64,000 nt of DNA, taken from assembly GCA_007376265.1 (NCBI GenBank), contig VMFW01000006.1:10930-74929 (forward strand), written 5' to 3'. Numbering within the stretch: position 1 is the first letter of the stretch; each line of letters opens with the position of its first letter. Source of the DNA: Parcubacteria group bacterium Gr01-1014_20 (lineage in GTDB: Bacteria > Patescibacteriota > Minisyncoccia > UBA6257 > 2-01-FULL-56-20). Below are positions 1 through 10,806 of the stretch, piece after piece. The translations under genes were made by a program, and so were the position numbers. The notes below the pieces were generated by a model that searched no databases, was not told the DNA's origin, and saw only the letters and a program-made list of their open reading frames with translations.

Positions 1-1273
1 CAGCCGTGAATTCCTTCTCACTCATTTTTTCCACAGCTCCAAGGGATTTTAAAAGGCTTGTTTCGACTTCGGGAAGAGTTTCATCTTTCCATTTTAGCAG
101 TTTCGCTTCGTAGTCGGGTAACTCGAAAAAAAGACTGGTTTGAGGAATAAAGTCATTGATTGTTTTAAGACGATTTTTTTCGATTTCGATTAGTTTTAAC
201 AGAAATTCTTTTTCTGCGAGTATGTTTTTTTTCTTCAATTCGGCGCTTAAGATACTAAAGAGTTCTTGGTTAGAAAGATTTTTTATGTGTTGGCTGTTTA
301 GCCAAGTGAGCTTTTCAGGGCTGAAAACCGCGCCCGATTTCTGAATTTTCTTGATGTCGAATTTTTCGGTCATTTCCTGAAGATTCATCACCTCTTCATC
401 GCCTTCTGGGTGCCAGCCCAAGAGGGCCATAAAATTTAGTAAGGCGCTGGAGAGATAGCCTTTTTCCCGATAATCGAGGAGGGAGGTTTCGGCGTAGCGT
501 TTTGACAGTTTGCTTCGATCGGCAGCCAGGATGAGGGGCAGGTGGGCGTAAATCGGAGTTTCAAAATCCAACGCTTTTTGCATGAGGATTTGTTTGGGGG
601 TGTTTGAAAGATGGTCCTCACCTCTTATGACGTGAGATATTTTCATTTCTTCATCGTCAACAACAACCGCGAAGTTATAGAGTGGGGTTTCGAGGTTTTT
701 GGCGATTACCATGTCGCCGAAAAGTGACCCGTCAAAAATAACTTTTCCCCGAACCAAATCGGTGAATTCTATTTTTGTTTCTGAGGTTACGAACCGAATG
801 ACTTGTGGTTCGCGGTCACTCTTTGGGTTAATTTGGTTACGACAGTGACCGTTGTATTTCGGAGAAAGGCCTTCGGCGATCATAGCTTGGCGTTCGGCCT
901 CCAGTTCTTCTTTAGTGCAGTAACAGTAATAAGCTTTTTTTTCGTCCAGTAACTTTTGGAGGTATTTTTTGTAGACTTCGATTCTTTCGCTTTGTCGGTA
1001 AGAACCAAATTCACCTAAATAACTGTCTTGATTCAGAATGGGACCCTCGTCCCAGGTGAGGCCAAGCCATTTTAGGCCTTCCTGAATTTCCTTCTCGAAT
1101 TTCTTTTCTGACCTTTCTTTGTCGGTATCTTCTAGTCTTAATATGAATTTGCCGTTATTTTGCCGAGCAAAAAGCCAGTTAAAAAGAGCCGTACGCGCGG
1201 TGCCGATATGAAGTGATCCGGTTGGCGAGGGCGCCAAACGGACCCGGACGGGCTTTTTTGGGCCGGGATTCAT
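1..1273 (-). CDS. gltX: Glutamate--tRNA ligase (3' end runs off the window)
   Basis: Manual translation from ATG at 1273: MNPGPKKPVRVRLAPSPTGSLHIGTARTALFNWLFAR; later RGEDHLSNTPKQ and KLSKR motifs. Absent from the ORF track because it has no stop in the window. Confidence 0.95.
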   Translation of the reverse strand, partial: MNPGPKKPVRVRLAPSPTGSLHIGTARTALFNWLFARQNNGKFILRLEDTDKERSEKKFEKEIQEGLKWLGLTWDEGPILNQDSYLGEFGSYRQSERIEVYKKYLQKLLDEKKAYYCYCTKEELEAERQAMIAEGLSPKYNGHCRNQINPKSDREPQVIRFVTSETKIEFTDLVRGKVIFDGSLFGDMVIAKNLETPLYNFAVVVDDEEMKISHVIRGEDHLSNTPKQILMQKALDFETPIYAHLPLILAADRSKLSKRYAETSLLDYREKGYLSSALLNFMALLGWHPEGDEEVMNLQEMTEKFDIKKIQKSGAVFSPEKLTWLNSQHIKNLSNQELFSILSAELKKKNILAEKEFLLKLIEIEKNRLKTINDFIPQTSLFFELPDYEAKLLKWKDETLPEVETSLLKSLGAVEKMSEKEFTA

Positions 1274-1363
1274 AGTGTATGATTTTAACACGTTTCCATT
1301 GATTTTTTAAGGATTTTTACTTATTTTGTATGGAGAACATTTAAACCGAAGGGGAGGCGGAAG

Positions 1364-1792
1364 TTGAGATCAATTAAACTGGTTGGGTGGTTAGTTCTGG
1401 TTTTGGTAATGGCTCTAGGCGTAGTTTTTGCAGAAGGAAAGACCGCCCAGATTATTAAGCCCGACTCTGGGTCTTTAGATACTACGCGGCAAGTGGTTTC
1501 TGGTTACCCGACCTACGCTACCGTTGAGTCAGAGAGTGTTTTCGTGGAAATTCCTAAACCGGAAGTGAATTTTAACAAGCCTAAGGTTTTAGAGATGGCT
1601 TGTCCGGTTTGTGATAGTTGTTACCCGATCGACTTGGGGGTGGGGATGTGTACGGCAGTGTACTCACCGAATCCCTGCGTTAATAGTTGCGGTTTTAGAT
1701 TCCAATGTCGGCGAACCGACGAAGAGTTCACGATTCAGATGAATGAGTGCGACAGAATTAAATGGGGTTTTTGGAAGAGGTCGGAAGAATAA
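1364..1792 (+). CDS. Hypothetical secreted Cys-rich protein
   Basis: TTG start after GGGGAGG; N-terminal signal-like hydrophobic stretch; CPVCDSC and CVNSC motifs; own terminator. Confidence 0.7.
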   Translation: MRSIKLVGWLVLVLVMALGVVFAEGKTAQIIKPDSGSLDTTRQVVSGYPTYATVESESVFVEIPKPEVNFNKPKVLEMACPVCDSCYPIDLGVGMCTAVYSPNPCVNSCGFRFQCRRTDEEFTIQMNECDRIKWGFWKRSEE

Positions 1793-1796
1793 ATTT

Positions 1797-1823
1797 AAAG
1801 CAGCTCTCACGAGCTGCTTTTTT
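1797..1823. terminator. Intrinsic terminator between convergent genes
   Basis: AAAGCAGCTC-tcac-GAGCTGCTTT followed by a T-run. Confidence 0.8.
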
Positions 1824-1824
1824 G

Positions 1825-2973
1825 TTACTGCGACAGTTTGAGAATTTCTTCGGCTATGGATTTAGCCGCGCCAGTTTTATAGAATCTTTTTGAAGCGATG
1901 GCCATGCGGCTGAGGCTGTTTTTGTCTTTGAGAAGGGTTTGAATTTGGTTGAGAAAAATATGGGGCAAAAGGTTTTCTTCTTCAATTACTACTCCCCCGC
2001 CGTTTTTGGTAAACTCGAAAGCATTCATTTTTTGATGGTCGTTAGCGGATTCTTGGAGAGGGATGAGAATGGCTGGTTTGCCGAAGGCGGCGATTTCAAA
2101 AATAGTGCCGCTTCCGGCTCGAGAGACAATTAGATCGGCAGCCGTGAGGGCGTATTTAAGATCATTTTCTAGAAACGGAACGATTTGATAGCGGTGTTTA
2201 ATTTCCTCCTGGAGGGTAGTTTCACTCAAGGCGGCTCGAGATAATTTTTTGGCTTCGTTAAAATTGGCTGACCCAGCTTGGTGAAGGATTTGGGTGTCTT
2301 TGATCAGATCAGCCAAGTTGGTGATGAGAAATTCGTTCAGCCGAGTTGACCCCTGCGAACCGCCCAGGATCAAAAGGAGGGGTTCTTCTGGGTTGAACTG
2401 GAGTTGTTCTTTTGCAGAATTTTGATCCATTCGGAATTCGTCCAAGTCGCTTCTGATCGGTGAGCCAACCCAAGCGGTTTTTTGTTGGTCGAAATACTGA
2501 CTGGCTTTTTCAAAACTAACGGCAACTCTTTTTGAAAACTTTGCAGACAAGAGATTGGTGACGCCAGGGATGGCGTCGGATTCATGAATAATAACGGGTA
2601 TTCTAAAAAACCAACTGGCAAAAACCACCGGGAAACCTCCAGTTCCTCCCTTCGAGAAGGTAACGTCCGGCATTAGCCAAAAGGTTTTTAAGATGGCTTG
2701 AAAAATGCTGATGACGAATTTGGGCCCATCAAGTAGATTGGCAAAAGAAAAGTAACGACGAACTTTGGCTCCGAAGATTGGGATAATTTTTAAATCACCT
2801 ACGCCCAGGAGTAGGTTATTGAATTCGTCCTTTGGGCCCATGTAGGAGAGTTCTAGGCTAAGGTTATTCGCTGCCGCAATTTTTTTGATTTCCTCGATAA
2901 CGGCGATGAGTGGGTAAATGTGTCCGCCGCTTCCCCCGCCGGCAAAAAGTATTTTTAGGTTGGTGTTGTTCAT
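1825..2973 (-). CDS. murG: UDP-GlcNAc:lipid I N-acetylglucosaminyltransferase MurG
   Basis: GGGSGGHIYP, HESD, GGSQGS, SRAGSGTIFE and DHQKMNA motifs; directly downstream of ftsW. Confidence 0.95.
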   Translation of the reverse strand: MNNTNLKILFAGGGSGGHIYPLIAVIEEIKKIAAANNLSLELSYMGPKDEFNNLLLGVGDLKIIPIFGAKVRRYFSFANLLDGPKFVISIFQAILKTFWLMPDVTFSKGGTGGFPVVFASWFFRIPVIIHESDAIPGVTNLLSAKFSKRVAVSFEKASQYFDQQKTAWVGSPIRSDLDEFRMDQNSAKEQLQFNPEEPLLLILGGSQGSTRLNEFLITNLADLIKDTQILHQAGSANFNEAKKLSRAALSETTLQEEIKHRYQIVPFLENDLKYALTAADLIVSRAGSGTIFEIAAFGKPAILIPLQESANDHQKMNAFEFTKNGGGVVIEEENLLPHIFLNQIQTLLKDKNSLSRMAIASKRFYKTGAAKSIAEEILKLSQ

Positions 2974-4076
2974 TTTTTCGTGTATTTTGAAATGTTCAAA
3001 GCTACACCGCCTATCGTGAGGAAAACTGCTAGAGCGGTTCCGCCGTAACTTATGAAAGGAAGCGGGACACCAGTTAACGGGAAAACTCCAGAGATAGCGC
3101 CAATGTTGATTATGGATTGAATACCAATGACGCTTCCGAACCCAACAAGAATTAGTTGGCCAAATTTGTCCCGCAAATTTTTTGCCAACCAGAACAGTCT
3201 GATGGTGAGAGCGGCAAAAACGGCGATAAGACTCCCGGAACCAATGAACCCCAACTCTTCGGCAGTTACCGCGAAGATAGAATCATCGATCGGGGCTGGT
3301 AAGAAGCTGGTTTTAGTTCGAGAGTTTCCATAGCCAACTCCCGTGATACCGCCAGAACCAATAGCGATTTGGGCTTCGTTTATGTGGTAACTCGAACCCA
3401 AGGAATCGCTCCTGGGGCTAAAAAAAGTTTTGACTCTTTCTAGTCGGTAAGGCGTTAAGTAGATTATAAGACCGATGCCTAAAATGGCCAAACCAAAAAC
3501 GGCGAGCAAAAATTTGACCTTGGCTTCACCAAGAAAATAAACGACGAGGGCAGTGCCGATTAAGATCGCGACCATGCTGGTTGCGGGTTGCAGGAGAAGC
3601 AAGCTGGCGATAACGCCAATAATGACTAGAAACGGAATGAATCCCGACCAAAAGTTTTTTTCGCGATTATTCTTAGGATTGCTTAGCCAGGCGGCTAAAT
3701 AGATGACAAAAGTTAGTTTAAGAATTTCAGCTGGTTGAAAGCTTACGGGACCGATTTTTAGCCATCGGGTCGCTCCGCCAGTTTTTACGCCAAGGCTCGT
3801 GAAAACCAAGGCAAGCAGGACTAGGCTAAGTATTAGAAGTGGCAAAGCGAAGCGTTTATAAGCCTGGTAGTTTATCTTGAAAGCTATCAAGAACCCTATA
3901 ATGCCGATAAATAAGCCATTTATGGCTTGATGTTTTAAGTAGTAGTAGCTGTCATTGAACTTTATTTTCCCGAGTTCCGAGGAGGCGCTTGAGAGCATAA
4001 CTAAACCAAAAAGCGCTAGGCTTATGATGAGGGCCATTAGGAAATAATCTGGGTGGTGCCCGGACTTCGAGAACAT
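2970..4076 (-). CDS. ftsW: SEDS family peptidoglycan polymerase FtsW
   Basis: GATRW, FQPAEILK, EELGFIG and TGVPLPFISYGGT motifs; multi-TM; overlaps murG start. Confidence 0.93.
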   Translation of the reverse strand: MFSKSGHHPDYFLMALIISLALFGLVMLSSASSELGKIKFNDSYYYLKHQAINGLFIGIIGFLIAFKINYQAYKRFALPLLILSLVLLALVFTSLGVKTGGATRWLKIGPVSFQPAEILKLTFVIYLAAWLSNPKNNREKNFWSGFIPFLVIIGVIASLLLLQPATSMVAILIGTALVVYFLGEAKVKFLLAVFGLAILGIGLIIYLTPYRLERVKTFFSPRSDSLGSSYHINEAQIAIGSGGITGVGYGNSRTKTSFLPAPIDDSIFAVTAEELGFIGSGSLIAVFAALTIRLFWLAKNLRDKFGQLILVGFGSVIGIQSIINIGAISGVFPLTGVPLPFISYGGTALAVFLTIGGVALNISKYTKK

Positions 4077-4116
4077 TAGTTTATTTCAGGAACCATGGGG
4101 CTTAGGTTTTTCTCGC

Positions 4117-5625
4117 TTAAGCTTTGTGCCTCAATATTTTGCCAGAACGGAGGCCGGTGTATTCTCCATTTTCGACGGCTACTTGACCGTTTACGATTAC
4201 AAAGTTAACTCGATTGTCACGAAATCCCACCAGGTCCGCAAAGTAACCCTCTTTTACCACTCCCCTTCCAGCGAGGCCAAGTTTTTTCGCGGGAGTCGAA
4301 GTTATTTTTCGGATAGCAGTTTCCAGATCTAGGATATTTTCCTCCTCCACCAGAGATAGGAATTTTGGAAAGGCGGAGACGGCTCGATCTGGTTTCATAG
4401 TTTTGATTCGGTTATTCGGAGCAATACTCGCTGCGTTTGAGACCACTAATGACCGATTGCTTTTCACGGCTTTTTTCAAGAGGTCACGGTTTATATTTTG
4501 GTAATAAATTGTGGCTTGGAGTTTAGTTGAGATCATTAGTTTCAGTAGTGATTCCTTGTAACTTTTAAGCGAATAAAGTTTTTTGATTTCGTTTAGGGTG
4601 TAACCTACCAACGAATCATTTCCAGGAGCTTGGGCAACTAGAAAATCTGACGGTTTAACTTCCGGCAGGTCCTTTAAGATTTTTGATCTCAGCCATTCGT
4701 CCTCTAGGCTCAAATTCATGACCTTCAGATTGTCTTTTTGCGCCCAGCTCGGAAGGAAGGTGTAGAGTTTGAGGATTCTCTTGTTGGATGGGTAAACGCT
4801 AAAGTGAAAATCAATTTTTTCATCCAGAGCATTTATGTTTTCCAGAGTTTTTTCGTAAGCGGTTTCATAGTTTTCGGTTGGGATAAGATGGCTCACGATT
4901 GTTTTGACCCCCGTTTCTTTGGAGAGTTTTATGGTTTCCTCCATGGATTCGAGGAGGCCATCGCTATCATTCCGCAGGTGGGTGGAATAGATGCCGTCCA
5001 GATTTTTTACGACGGTGGCCAGCGCTTTAATTTCGGCGTATGGGGTATCTTTGGTTTGGGCGTAGCCAAGACCCGTTGAAAGGCCAAAGCCGCCTTCTTG
5101 AAGCGCTCGTTTTAGCGTTTCTCCAAAAACATTAAGTTCGTTTTTTGTGAGAGTTCTCGGGGGTTTGCCGATGAGCGCTTCACGGATGGTACTGTGTCCA
5201 ATCAGGGTGCCAAAGTTTACCCCTAACGGTTTTTTGTCCATCAGGCGGAGAAACTCGTTAACCGAATGCCAGTCAACGTTGATCTCTCTCGTGTCTGTCC
5301 ATTCCTCGACGGATTCAAGACTGCCGTAGATTAGGGGGGCAAGAGAAGCGCCGCATAGACCACCGATGATCGTGGTTATCCCCTGTTTTAGGAAGTCGAC
5401 TTGGCTAGGGTTAGAGAAAAGACTTAGGTAGTGGTCAGACTCGGTATGGAGATCGATGAAGCCAGCGGAGAGATAGGCTCCCTGTCCGTCTATGATTTTG
5501 TCAGCGGTTTTTCCTGGAAAGCGACCGAGAGCAGTAATTTTATCACCGCTTACGAAGACATCGAGTTTGTCAGGGAGTTTTTGGTCGAAACCGACGATTT
5601 GAACGTTTTTTATTAAAAGAGTCAT
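4117..5625 (-). CDS. N-acyl-D-amino-acid deacylase-like amidohydrolase
   Basis: IIDGQGAYLSAGFIDLH, GITTIIGGLCG, GLSTGLGY, STHLR, ITSTPAKKLGL and GYFADLV motifs. Confidence 0.85.
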   Translation of the reverse strand: MTLLIKNVQIVGFDQKLPDKLDVFVSGDKITALGRFPGKTADKIIDGQGAYLSAGFIDLHTESDHYLSLFSNPSQVDFLKQGITTIIGGLCGASLAPLIYGSLESVEEWTDTREINVDWHSVNEFLRLMDKKPLGVNFGTLIGHSTIREALIGKPPRTLTKNELNVFGETLKRALQEGGFGLSTGLGYAQTKDTPYAEIKALATVVKNLDGIYSTHLRNDSDGLLESMEETIKLSKETGVKTIVSHLIPTENYETAYEKTLENINALDEKIDFHFSVYPSNKRILKLYTFLPSWAQKDNLKVMNLSLEDEWLRSKILKDLPEVKPSDFLVAQAPGNDSLVGYTLNEIKKLYSLKSYKESLLKLMISTKLQATIYYQNINRDLLKKAVKSNRSLVVSNAASIAPNNRIKTMKPDRAVSAFPKFLSLVEEENILDLETAIRKITSTPAKKLGLAGRGVVKEGYFADLVGFRDNRVNFVIVNGQVAVENGEYTGLRSGKILRHKA

Positions 5626-5643
5626 GAATCATGAAGCATGAAA
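5623..5643. repeat. Heptamer tandem array CATGAA(T/G/A) x3 over the deacylase start codon
   Basis: catgaat catgaag catgaaa read directly. Confidence 0.6.
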
Positions 5644-5691
5644 CACATGTAAGTCTACGTTAATTATAGAACATTGGTTGATAAATAATAA

Positions 5692-5715
5692 TGGCCGTTT
5701 CGAGTGAAACGGCCA
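5692..5715 (-). terminator. Terminator-like hairpin
   Basis: TGGCCGTTTC-gagt-GAAACGGCCA, perfect 10-bp stem just after the 5721 stop. Confidence 0.7.
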
Positions 5716-5720
5716 CAAAA

Positions 5721-6014
5721 CTACACTTTTGGTTTTAGGGATTGGTGGATACCTAGTCCAAGGAGTCCTAAGCCTCCTGATGAGAGAAGTCCGCCTAGGA
5801 TGATATTCAAAAGCGGGGGTTTTGCCGATAAAAACGGCGCGAGGCTTGTGATCAAGCCCAATAAAGCCAGAACAGCTCCGGTCAGCATAGTGTCCAGGTT
5901 ATCGGTTTGGACTGCCCGGCCTTTTTTTAGAAACGCGATCAGGAGTTTAAGGATGAGTAGGGAGCTAAGCGCGATGAGGGTCAACTTTAAAGCGCTGTCG
6001 GTGGTTTCTAACAT
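5721..6014 (-). CDS. Small three-TM hypothetical membrane protein
   Basis: SD AGGGGG before ATG; three hydrophobic segments; own terminator. Confidence 0.65.
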
Positions 6015-6068
6015 TCACGTCCCCCTTTCGGTTAAATATGAACTGTTTTAAATATTGAAGGAAATGAT

Positions 6069-6932
6069 TTATTTGTCAATTTGGGCCGAAAAAAATTTCA
6101 AGCGGCTGTCCTCCGCGACGGTTTTTATGGTGCCATCTCGATCGGTTCTTAAAACTTTGAGGATGTCGGTTTTACCGAGTCGGGCGAGAGTTTCTTCGGT
6201 TGGATGGCCGTAGCGGTTATCCCCTACTTCGATAACGGCAATCTCAGGGTTAACATTTTTTAGGAACTCGTCACTTGAAGAATATTTTGAACCATGATGA
6301 GGAATTTTCAAGATGTCGGCTTTGAGGGCTGGGCCAAATTTTTGAACTAAATATTTCTCTAAATTTTGTCCGATATCGCCGGTTAGAAGAATTTTTAGAT
6401 TTCCGGTTTCGATTTTAGTTACAAGCGAGGTGTCGTTCAACTCGCCGCTTTGAATAAAGTTTTGATCGGGCGAGAGAATGTTAATTTTATTTTGCGCATT
6501 TTTAATTTTATCACCGGCAGTCAAAATAATAACCGGAATTTTCTTTTCCTTAATTTTGGCGATTAAATTTTCCCACTCCCTTAGTTCGACGCCACGTCCG
6601 TTAACAATGAAGGCGCCGACTTCGTAGCGCTCCAGGATTTCGTTAAAGCCATTGAAGTGGTCAAGTTGGGGGTGGGTAATGACGGCTAGATCTATGTAGC
6701 GATCGGTTTCGCCTAGGACTTTTTCGAGCTCAACCGTGACTTTTTTGGATGGTCCGGCGTCGGTCAAAATTTGAACACCCGTTGGAAATTGGACAAGAGT
6801 CGAGTCTCCCTGGCCGACGTCTAGAAAATATATTTTTGGCGAACCAGAACGATCTAAAAAAATTATTTGTTGCCAGACTAATAAATCTAGGCCGACCAGA
6901 GCCAAAAAGATTACCCAGCTAAGATTTTTCAT
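6069..6932 (-). CDS. ComEC/Rec2 metallo-beta-lactamase domain protein (split ComEC C-terminal part)
   Basis: FLDVGQGDS, THPQLDHFNG, LLTGDI, HHGSKYSS and YGHP motifs. Confidence 0.9.
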   Translation of the reverse strand: MKNLSWVIFLALVGLDLLVWQQIIFLDRSGSPKIYFLDVGQGDSTLVQFPTGVQILTDAGPSKKVTVELEKVLGETDRYIDLAVITHPQLDHFNGFNEILERYEVGAFIVNGRGVELREWENLIAKIKEKKIPVIILTAGDKIKNAQNKINILSPDQNFIQSGELNDTSLVTKIETGNLKILLTGDIGQNLEKYLVQKFGPALKADILKIPHHGSKYSSSDEFLKNVNPEIAVIEVGDNRYGHPTEETLARLGKTDILKVLRTDRDGTIKTVAEDSRLKFFSAQIDK

Positions 6933-8370
6933 GATTTTTTAAAACAAGCGCTAGTAAGAACCCGTAGTAAATTATAAAGACAATGCTGTGATTTAGAAAC
7001 TGACTACCAGGAAGCGGTAGGTAAATCAACGAAAAAATTTTGATGACCGCAAGCTGATAAAAAGCAAGAAGGCTGAGTAATTGGGCAACGAAAAATCCCA
7101 AGAGGAATGAAATCGAACTTAGGGCTGACAGCAAGAACCCTAAAAACATTGTGAAGGGAATAGTAAGCAAGATGAAGGTGTTCGCGAAAATAGCGCTTAA
7201 AGAAAACTGATTGAAGTTCAAAATGAGGATTGGGATTACGGCGAGCTGAGCGGCGACGGTGGTTACGCCATTTTCTTGCCAGGCCAGGAAACTTTCCTCT
7301 TTCTTGTCTTTTACCCGAAGTAGTTTTTTTAAAACTGGCTCAAGGTAAACAATTCCAAGGAGACTTAGGAACGAGAGCTGAAAACCAATGTCAAAAGCCA
7401 AGACTCCGGGGTTAACTAGAACCATCACGAGGGCGGTTAGGATAATGATATGAAGGGTATCGTGGACCCGACCGATATGTCCGGCTAGCAAGATAAGAGA
7501 GCCCATAATGGCGGCTCGAACTACCGAAGCTTCACCACCGACCATAATGACAAAAAGAAAAATTAGTCCAAGGGTAATGTAGAATCGTTTCTGACGCGAG
7601 ACGAGTTTTTTTAGCGAGCGTTCAATGGCTAGGGCTAAAATGGCGATGTTGTATCCGGAGAGAGCTACAATGTGAGTCACTCCGCTTCTAGCCATATCCG
7701 TTTTCAATTTTTCAGTGAACTCGGATTTTTCGCCAAAGGTGATACCGGCCACCAGCGCGGCTTTGTCTCGACTAAGTTGTTTTTTGAATTGGCCGATGAG
7801 GTGGTTTTTTAGGCCGTAAAGTTGGGTTTTTAACCAATGGCCCTGATTTTTAGCTTGCACCTCAATTTTCGGGAAGAATGAAATGGGAGGCTGGTTTTTA
7901 AATTGGCTTTTTTCGATTTTGCCATCGAGTTTTACGATGTCGCCGTAATCAAAACGAATCAAGGCATCTGTAAGGACGGTAATTCTTCCATGTTCTGGAG
8001 CTTGGAGTTCGACAGTGAGTTTTTGGTAAGTTTCTTTTTCCTCGGGGTTTTTAGTGAGAACTCCGATTACGATTGATTTCTCGCTTATGGGTATATTTTC
8101 AGCGCGGTTGGTAAAATTAAAAAAGAAATAAAAATAGAAAAACCCAAGAATGAGAAACACAACGCTCCCGACAAAAAACATTCCCGCGCTTGGAAGGATA
8201 CGGGGATGTTTGCTGTTTTCTCCGATATTAATTTTAAAAAACCCTCGTAGAGTAAAAAGCCCAATTAGAAAAACTAAAGAGGTTAAATAAAAATTCCACC
8301 CACTTGAGGCCGCAAAAATACCTAGTAAAAAACTTAGCCCCCAATAGGTGACTTTTTGCCGAGTCGCCAT
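6919..8370 (-). CDS. comEC: ComEC/Rec2 competence membrane channel domain protein
   Basis: [23 protein letters not shown] and DIGFQLSF motifs. Confidence 0.92.
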   Translation of the reverse strand: MATRQKVTYWGLSFLLGIFAASSGWNFYLTSLVFLIGLFTLRGFFKINIGENSKHPRILPSAGMFFVGSVVFLILGFFYFYFFFNFTNRAENIPISEKSIVIGVLTKNPEEKETYQKLTVELQAPEHGRITVLTDALIRFDYGDIVKLDGKIEKSQFKNQPPISFFPKIEVQAKNQGHWLKTQLYGLKNHLIGQFKKQLSRDKAALVAGITFGEKSEFTEKLKTDMARSGVTHIVALSGYNIAILALAIERSLKKLVSRQKRFYITLGLIFLFVIMVGGEASVVRAAIMGSLILLAGHIGRVHDTLHIIILTALVMVLVNPGVLAFDIGFQLSFLSLLGIVYLEPVLKKLLRVKDKKEESFLAWQENGVTTVAAQLAVIPILILNFNQFSLSAIFANTFILLTIPFTMFLGFLLSALSSISFLLGFFVAQLLSLLAFYQLAVIKIFSLIYLPLPGSQFLNHSIVFIIYYGFLLALVLKNHEKS

Positions 8371-9023
8371 TCCTGGATTTTTTTATGATTGCCGGATAGG
8401 AGGATAGGTGGAACTTTCCAGCCCACGCCTTTTCCGGGTTTAAATTCTGCCGGTTTGGTGTAGGTTTGATACGAACCTTTGACTTCTTCAAGGGACTCAT
8501 ATTTACCCAAAAAACCGGGTAGATAACGGCTAACGGCTTCGATTAAGACCATAGCTGGTAGTTCACCGCCGGACAAGACATAGTCCCCGATTGAAATTTC
8601 CTCATCGGCGATGTGGCTTGACACTCTTTCATCGACACCTTCGTAGCGACCACAAATTAAAATTAGTTGACTATGTTTCGCTAAGCGCTTAGCGGTAAAA
8701 CTATCCAATTTTTTGCCTCGAATTGAAAAGAGGATGGTTCTCGAGTTGAGGCTTTTTTTGATTTTTTTTATTGCTTTGTAGATGGGCTCAACTTTTAAAA
8801 CCATTCCCGGGCCGCCGCCAAAGGGAGAGTCGTCGACTTTTTTGTGTCGGTCGGAACTGTACTTGCGAAGGTCGTGGGTTTTTACTTTTATCAACCGAGT
8901 TTTAAGAGCGCGAGCAAGCATGGATTCGTTGAGGTAAGAATCCAGGATTTTGGGGAAGATAGTGAGGATATCAAAGCTAACCCTATGTCTCTTCAAAGTT
9001 GCTTTCTTTTTTTTCAGTTCCAT
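8334..9023 (-). CDS. trmD: tRNA (guanine37-N1)-methyltransferase
   Basis: [31 protein letters not shown] and [11 protein letters not shown] motifs; start uncertain (ATG 9023 chosen). Confidence 0.95.
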   Translation of the reverse strand: MELKKKKATLKRHRVSFDILTIFPKILDSYLNESMLARALKTRLIKVKTHDLRKYSSDRHKKVDDSPFGGGPGMVLKVEPIYKAIKKIKKSLNSRTILFSIRGKKLDSFTAKRLAKHSQLILICGRYEGVDERVSSHIADEEISIGDYVLSGGELPAMVLIEAVSRYLPGFLGKYESLEEVKGSYQTYTKPAEFKPGKGVGWKVPPILLSGNHKKIQEWRLGKKSPIGG

Positions 9024-10806
9024 TTTGGTGTCTATGGTGTTCAAGGAGGTTTTTTTCAATCGGAGTTTCCTCCTTTTTCTCGTCTGCGGCTCCCATGAGG
9101 GACTCACTGATCGAGCTTCTCAAATCGTCAAGATCAATTTCTATTTTGGGTGGGCGAGGCAATTCTCTGGGTTTTGGGGGGAGGATTGGTGCGGGTAGTA
9201 GATGTTCCCTCTTTTGAAAGGCCTGTGGAGTTGTAGCTACTTCTTTTGGTTTGAGAACATTGATTCGGGGCTCCTCGGAGGCGGGTCGGTTTTCTGGTTT
9301 GGGAAGTGGTTTAACTTCCGGTTTTGTTTCTACTCGGGTTTGGGGGGTGGTGGGTTTGGGCCAGGATGGAACGGGCCAGTTCGGGCCCACTGGTTTTTGA
9401 GTTTTCTCTTGATATTTAGGCTCCAATCCCTTAGTCGGTTTTGGCTTTAGAATTTCTGAGAGAGATTGTTCGTCGCGCCGGCTAATTTTTTCGTCAACGG
9501 TTTGCATGTCGGCATTCCATTCGGCGCTGATTCTTTCCTCAACTATTTTCCGAGGAGTGCCATATTTTTTTTGCGAATTTTCTATAATAACATCTCGGTA
9601 GGAAATGAGGGGTTGTCTCGGCGGCGGAATAGTTTCGGCCGAAAAAGGTCGTTGGGCCATGCCATCAATCATTAACTTAAGATAAACATTGTATTTGGCT
9701 AGGTTGACCAGATCGTTTTGAACAAATTCCGGCATAAATTCTTTTTCTAAGAACTCTCCGTCAACGGCGCCAACTCGGAAGGTGATCAAGGTGCCAACGT
9801 TACCAAAGATGGCGTCGCGGACGTGGGTATTTTCGCCACCATCTAACTGGCCTATGTACTGGTGGGCCAGAGTGAGACTCAAGTGATATTTTCTAGCTTC
9901 GGACAATATATTGGCAAATGAGTCCGTAGCGAAGTTTTGAAACTCATCTACGTATAGGAAGAAATCGCGGCGCTTTTCTTCGGGCACGTCTACTCGAGAC
10001 ATAGCAGCTAGTTGGAGGCGGGTGATGATCATGGCTCCCAAAAGAGCGGAGTTGTCCTCACCCATACGGCCCTTCGATAGATTTACGACGAGGATTTTCC
10101 CCTCATCCATTATTTTTCTCATTTTTAACACTGAACTCGATTGACCAAGAATATTTCTAATGAGCGGATTGGAAACGAATTGGCCGACTTTGTTTTGGAT
10201 GGCGGCTAAGGCTTCGGTTTCGAAACGTTGATTGTAGCGGGCAAATTCTTCCGCCCAAAAGGCTTTAATGACAGGATCTTTAAGGCCGGAAACTATTTTT
10301 TTTCGATATTCTGGCTGTGAAAACATACGCATAATTCCAAGCAGGGTAGAGTTGGGGTATTCGAGAAGCGCCAGGAGGGTGTTGTTTAAAATGTATTCCA
10401 TTCTGGCAGACCAGGCGTCGGGCCAGATTTTTTTAAAAACACCCATAATGCCTGAAGCTACCAGGTGGCGAAACTCATTGCCAACTTGTTCGAGCGGATT
10501 GAAAGCGATCGGAAACTCGAGGTCAGCCGGGTTCACGTAAATCACGTCGTTCACCCTTTCTTCGGGGACAAAATCCAGAACCCTTTCAGCAAATTCACCG
10601 TGAGGATCAACAACACCCACTCCCCTCCCCGCGCGAATGTCATCGATGGCCATATTTTCAAGTAAGGTTGATTTCCCGGAGCCGGTTTTTCCAACGACAT
10701 AAATATGGCGGCGGCGATCGTCGAGTTTAATGCCGAAAACCTTTTTGGAGCTCCTGAAATTGGCTTGACCCAATATGGTTAATTCTTCCTGATCTTTTTT
10801 ATTCAT
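8983..10806 (-). CDS. VirD4/TraG-like (HerA/FtsK superfamily) ATPase with Pro/Lys-rich C-terminal tail
   Basis: [18 protein letters not shown] Walker [16 protein letters not shown] Walker B, LSEARKY and AHQY motifs. Confidence 0.88.
   Translation of the reverse strand: MNKKDQEELTILGQANFRSSKKVFGIKLDDRRRHIYVVGKTGSGKSTLLENMAIDDIRAGRGVGVVDPHGEFAERVLDFVPEERVNDVIYVNPADLEFPIAFNPLEQVGNEFRHLVASGIMGVFKKIWPDAWSARMEYILNNTLLALLEYPNSTLLGIMRMFSQPEYRKKIVSGLKDPVIKAFWAEEFARYNQRFETEALAAIQNKVGQFVSNPLIRNILGQSSSVLKMRKIMDEGKILVVNLSKGRMGEDNSALLGAMIITRLQLAAMSRVDVPEEKRRDFFLYVDEFQNFATDSFANILSEARKYHLSLTLAHQYIGQLDGGENTHVRDAIFGNVGTLITFRVGAVDGEFLEKEFMPEFVQNDLVNLAKYNVYLKLMIDGMAQRPFSAETIPPPRQPLISYRDVIIENSQKKYGTPRKIVEERISAEWNADMQTVDEKISRRDEQSLSEILKPKPTKGLEPKYQEKTQKPVGPNWPVPSWPKPTTPQTRVETKPEVKPLPKPENRPASEEPRINVLKPKEVATTPQAFQKREHLLPAPILPPKPRELPRPPKIEIDLDDLRSSISESLMGAADEKKEETPIEKNLLEHHRHQNGTEKKESNFEET

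Noticed and set aside
8983-10806. Conjugative element or ICE
   Set aside because: The VirD4-like gene is embedded among housekeeping genes with no relaxase, VirB4, integrase or att sites.
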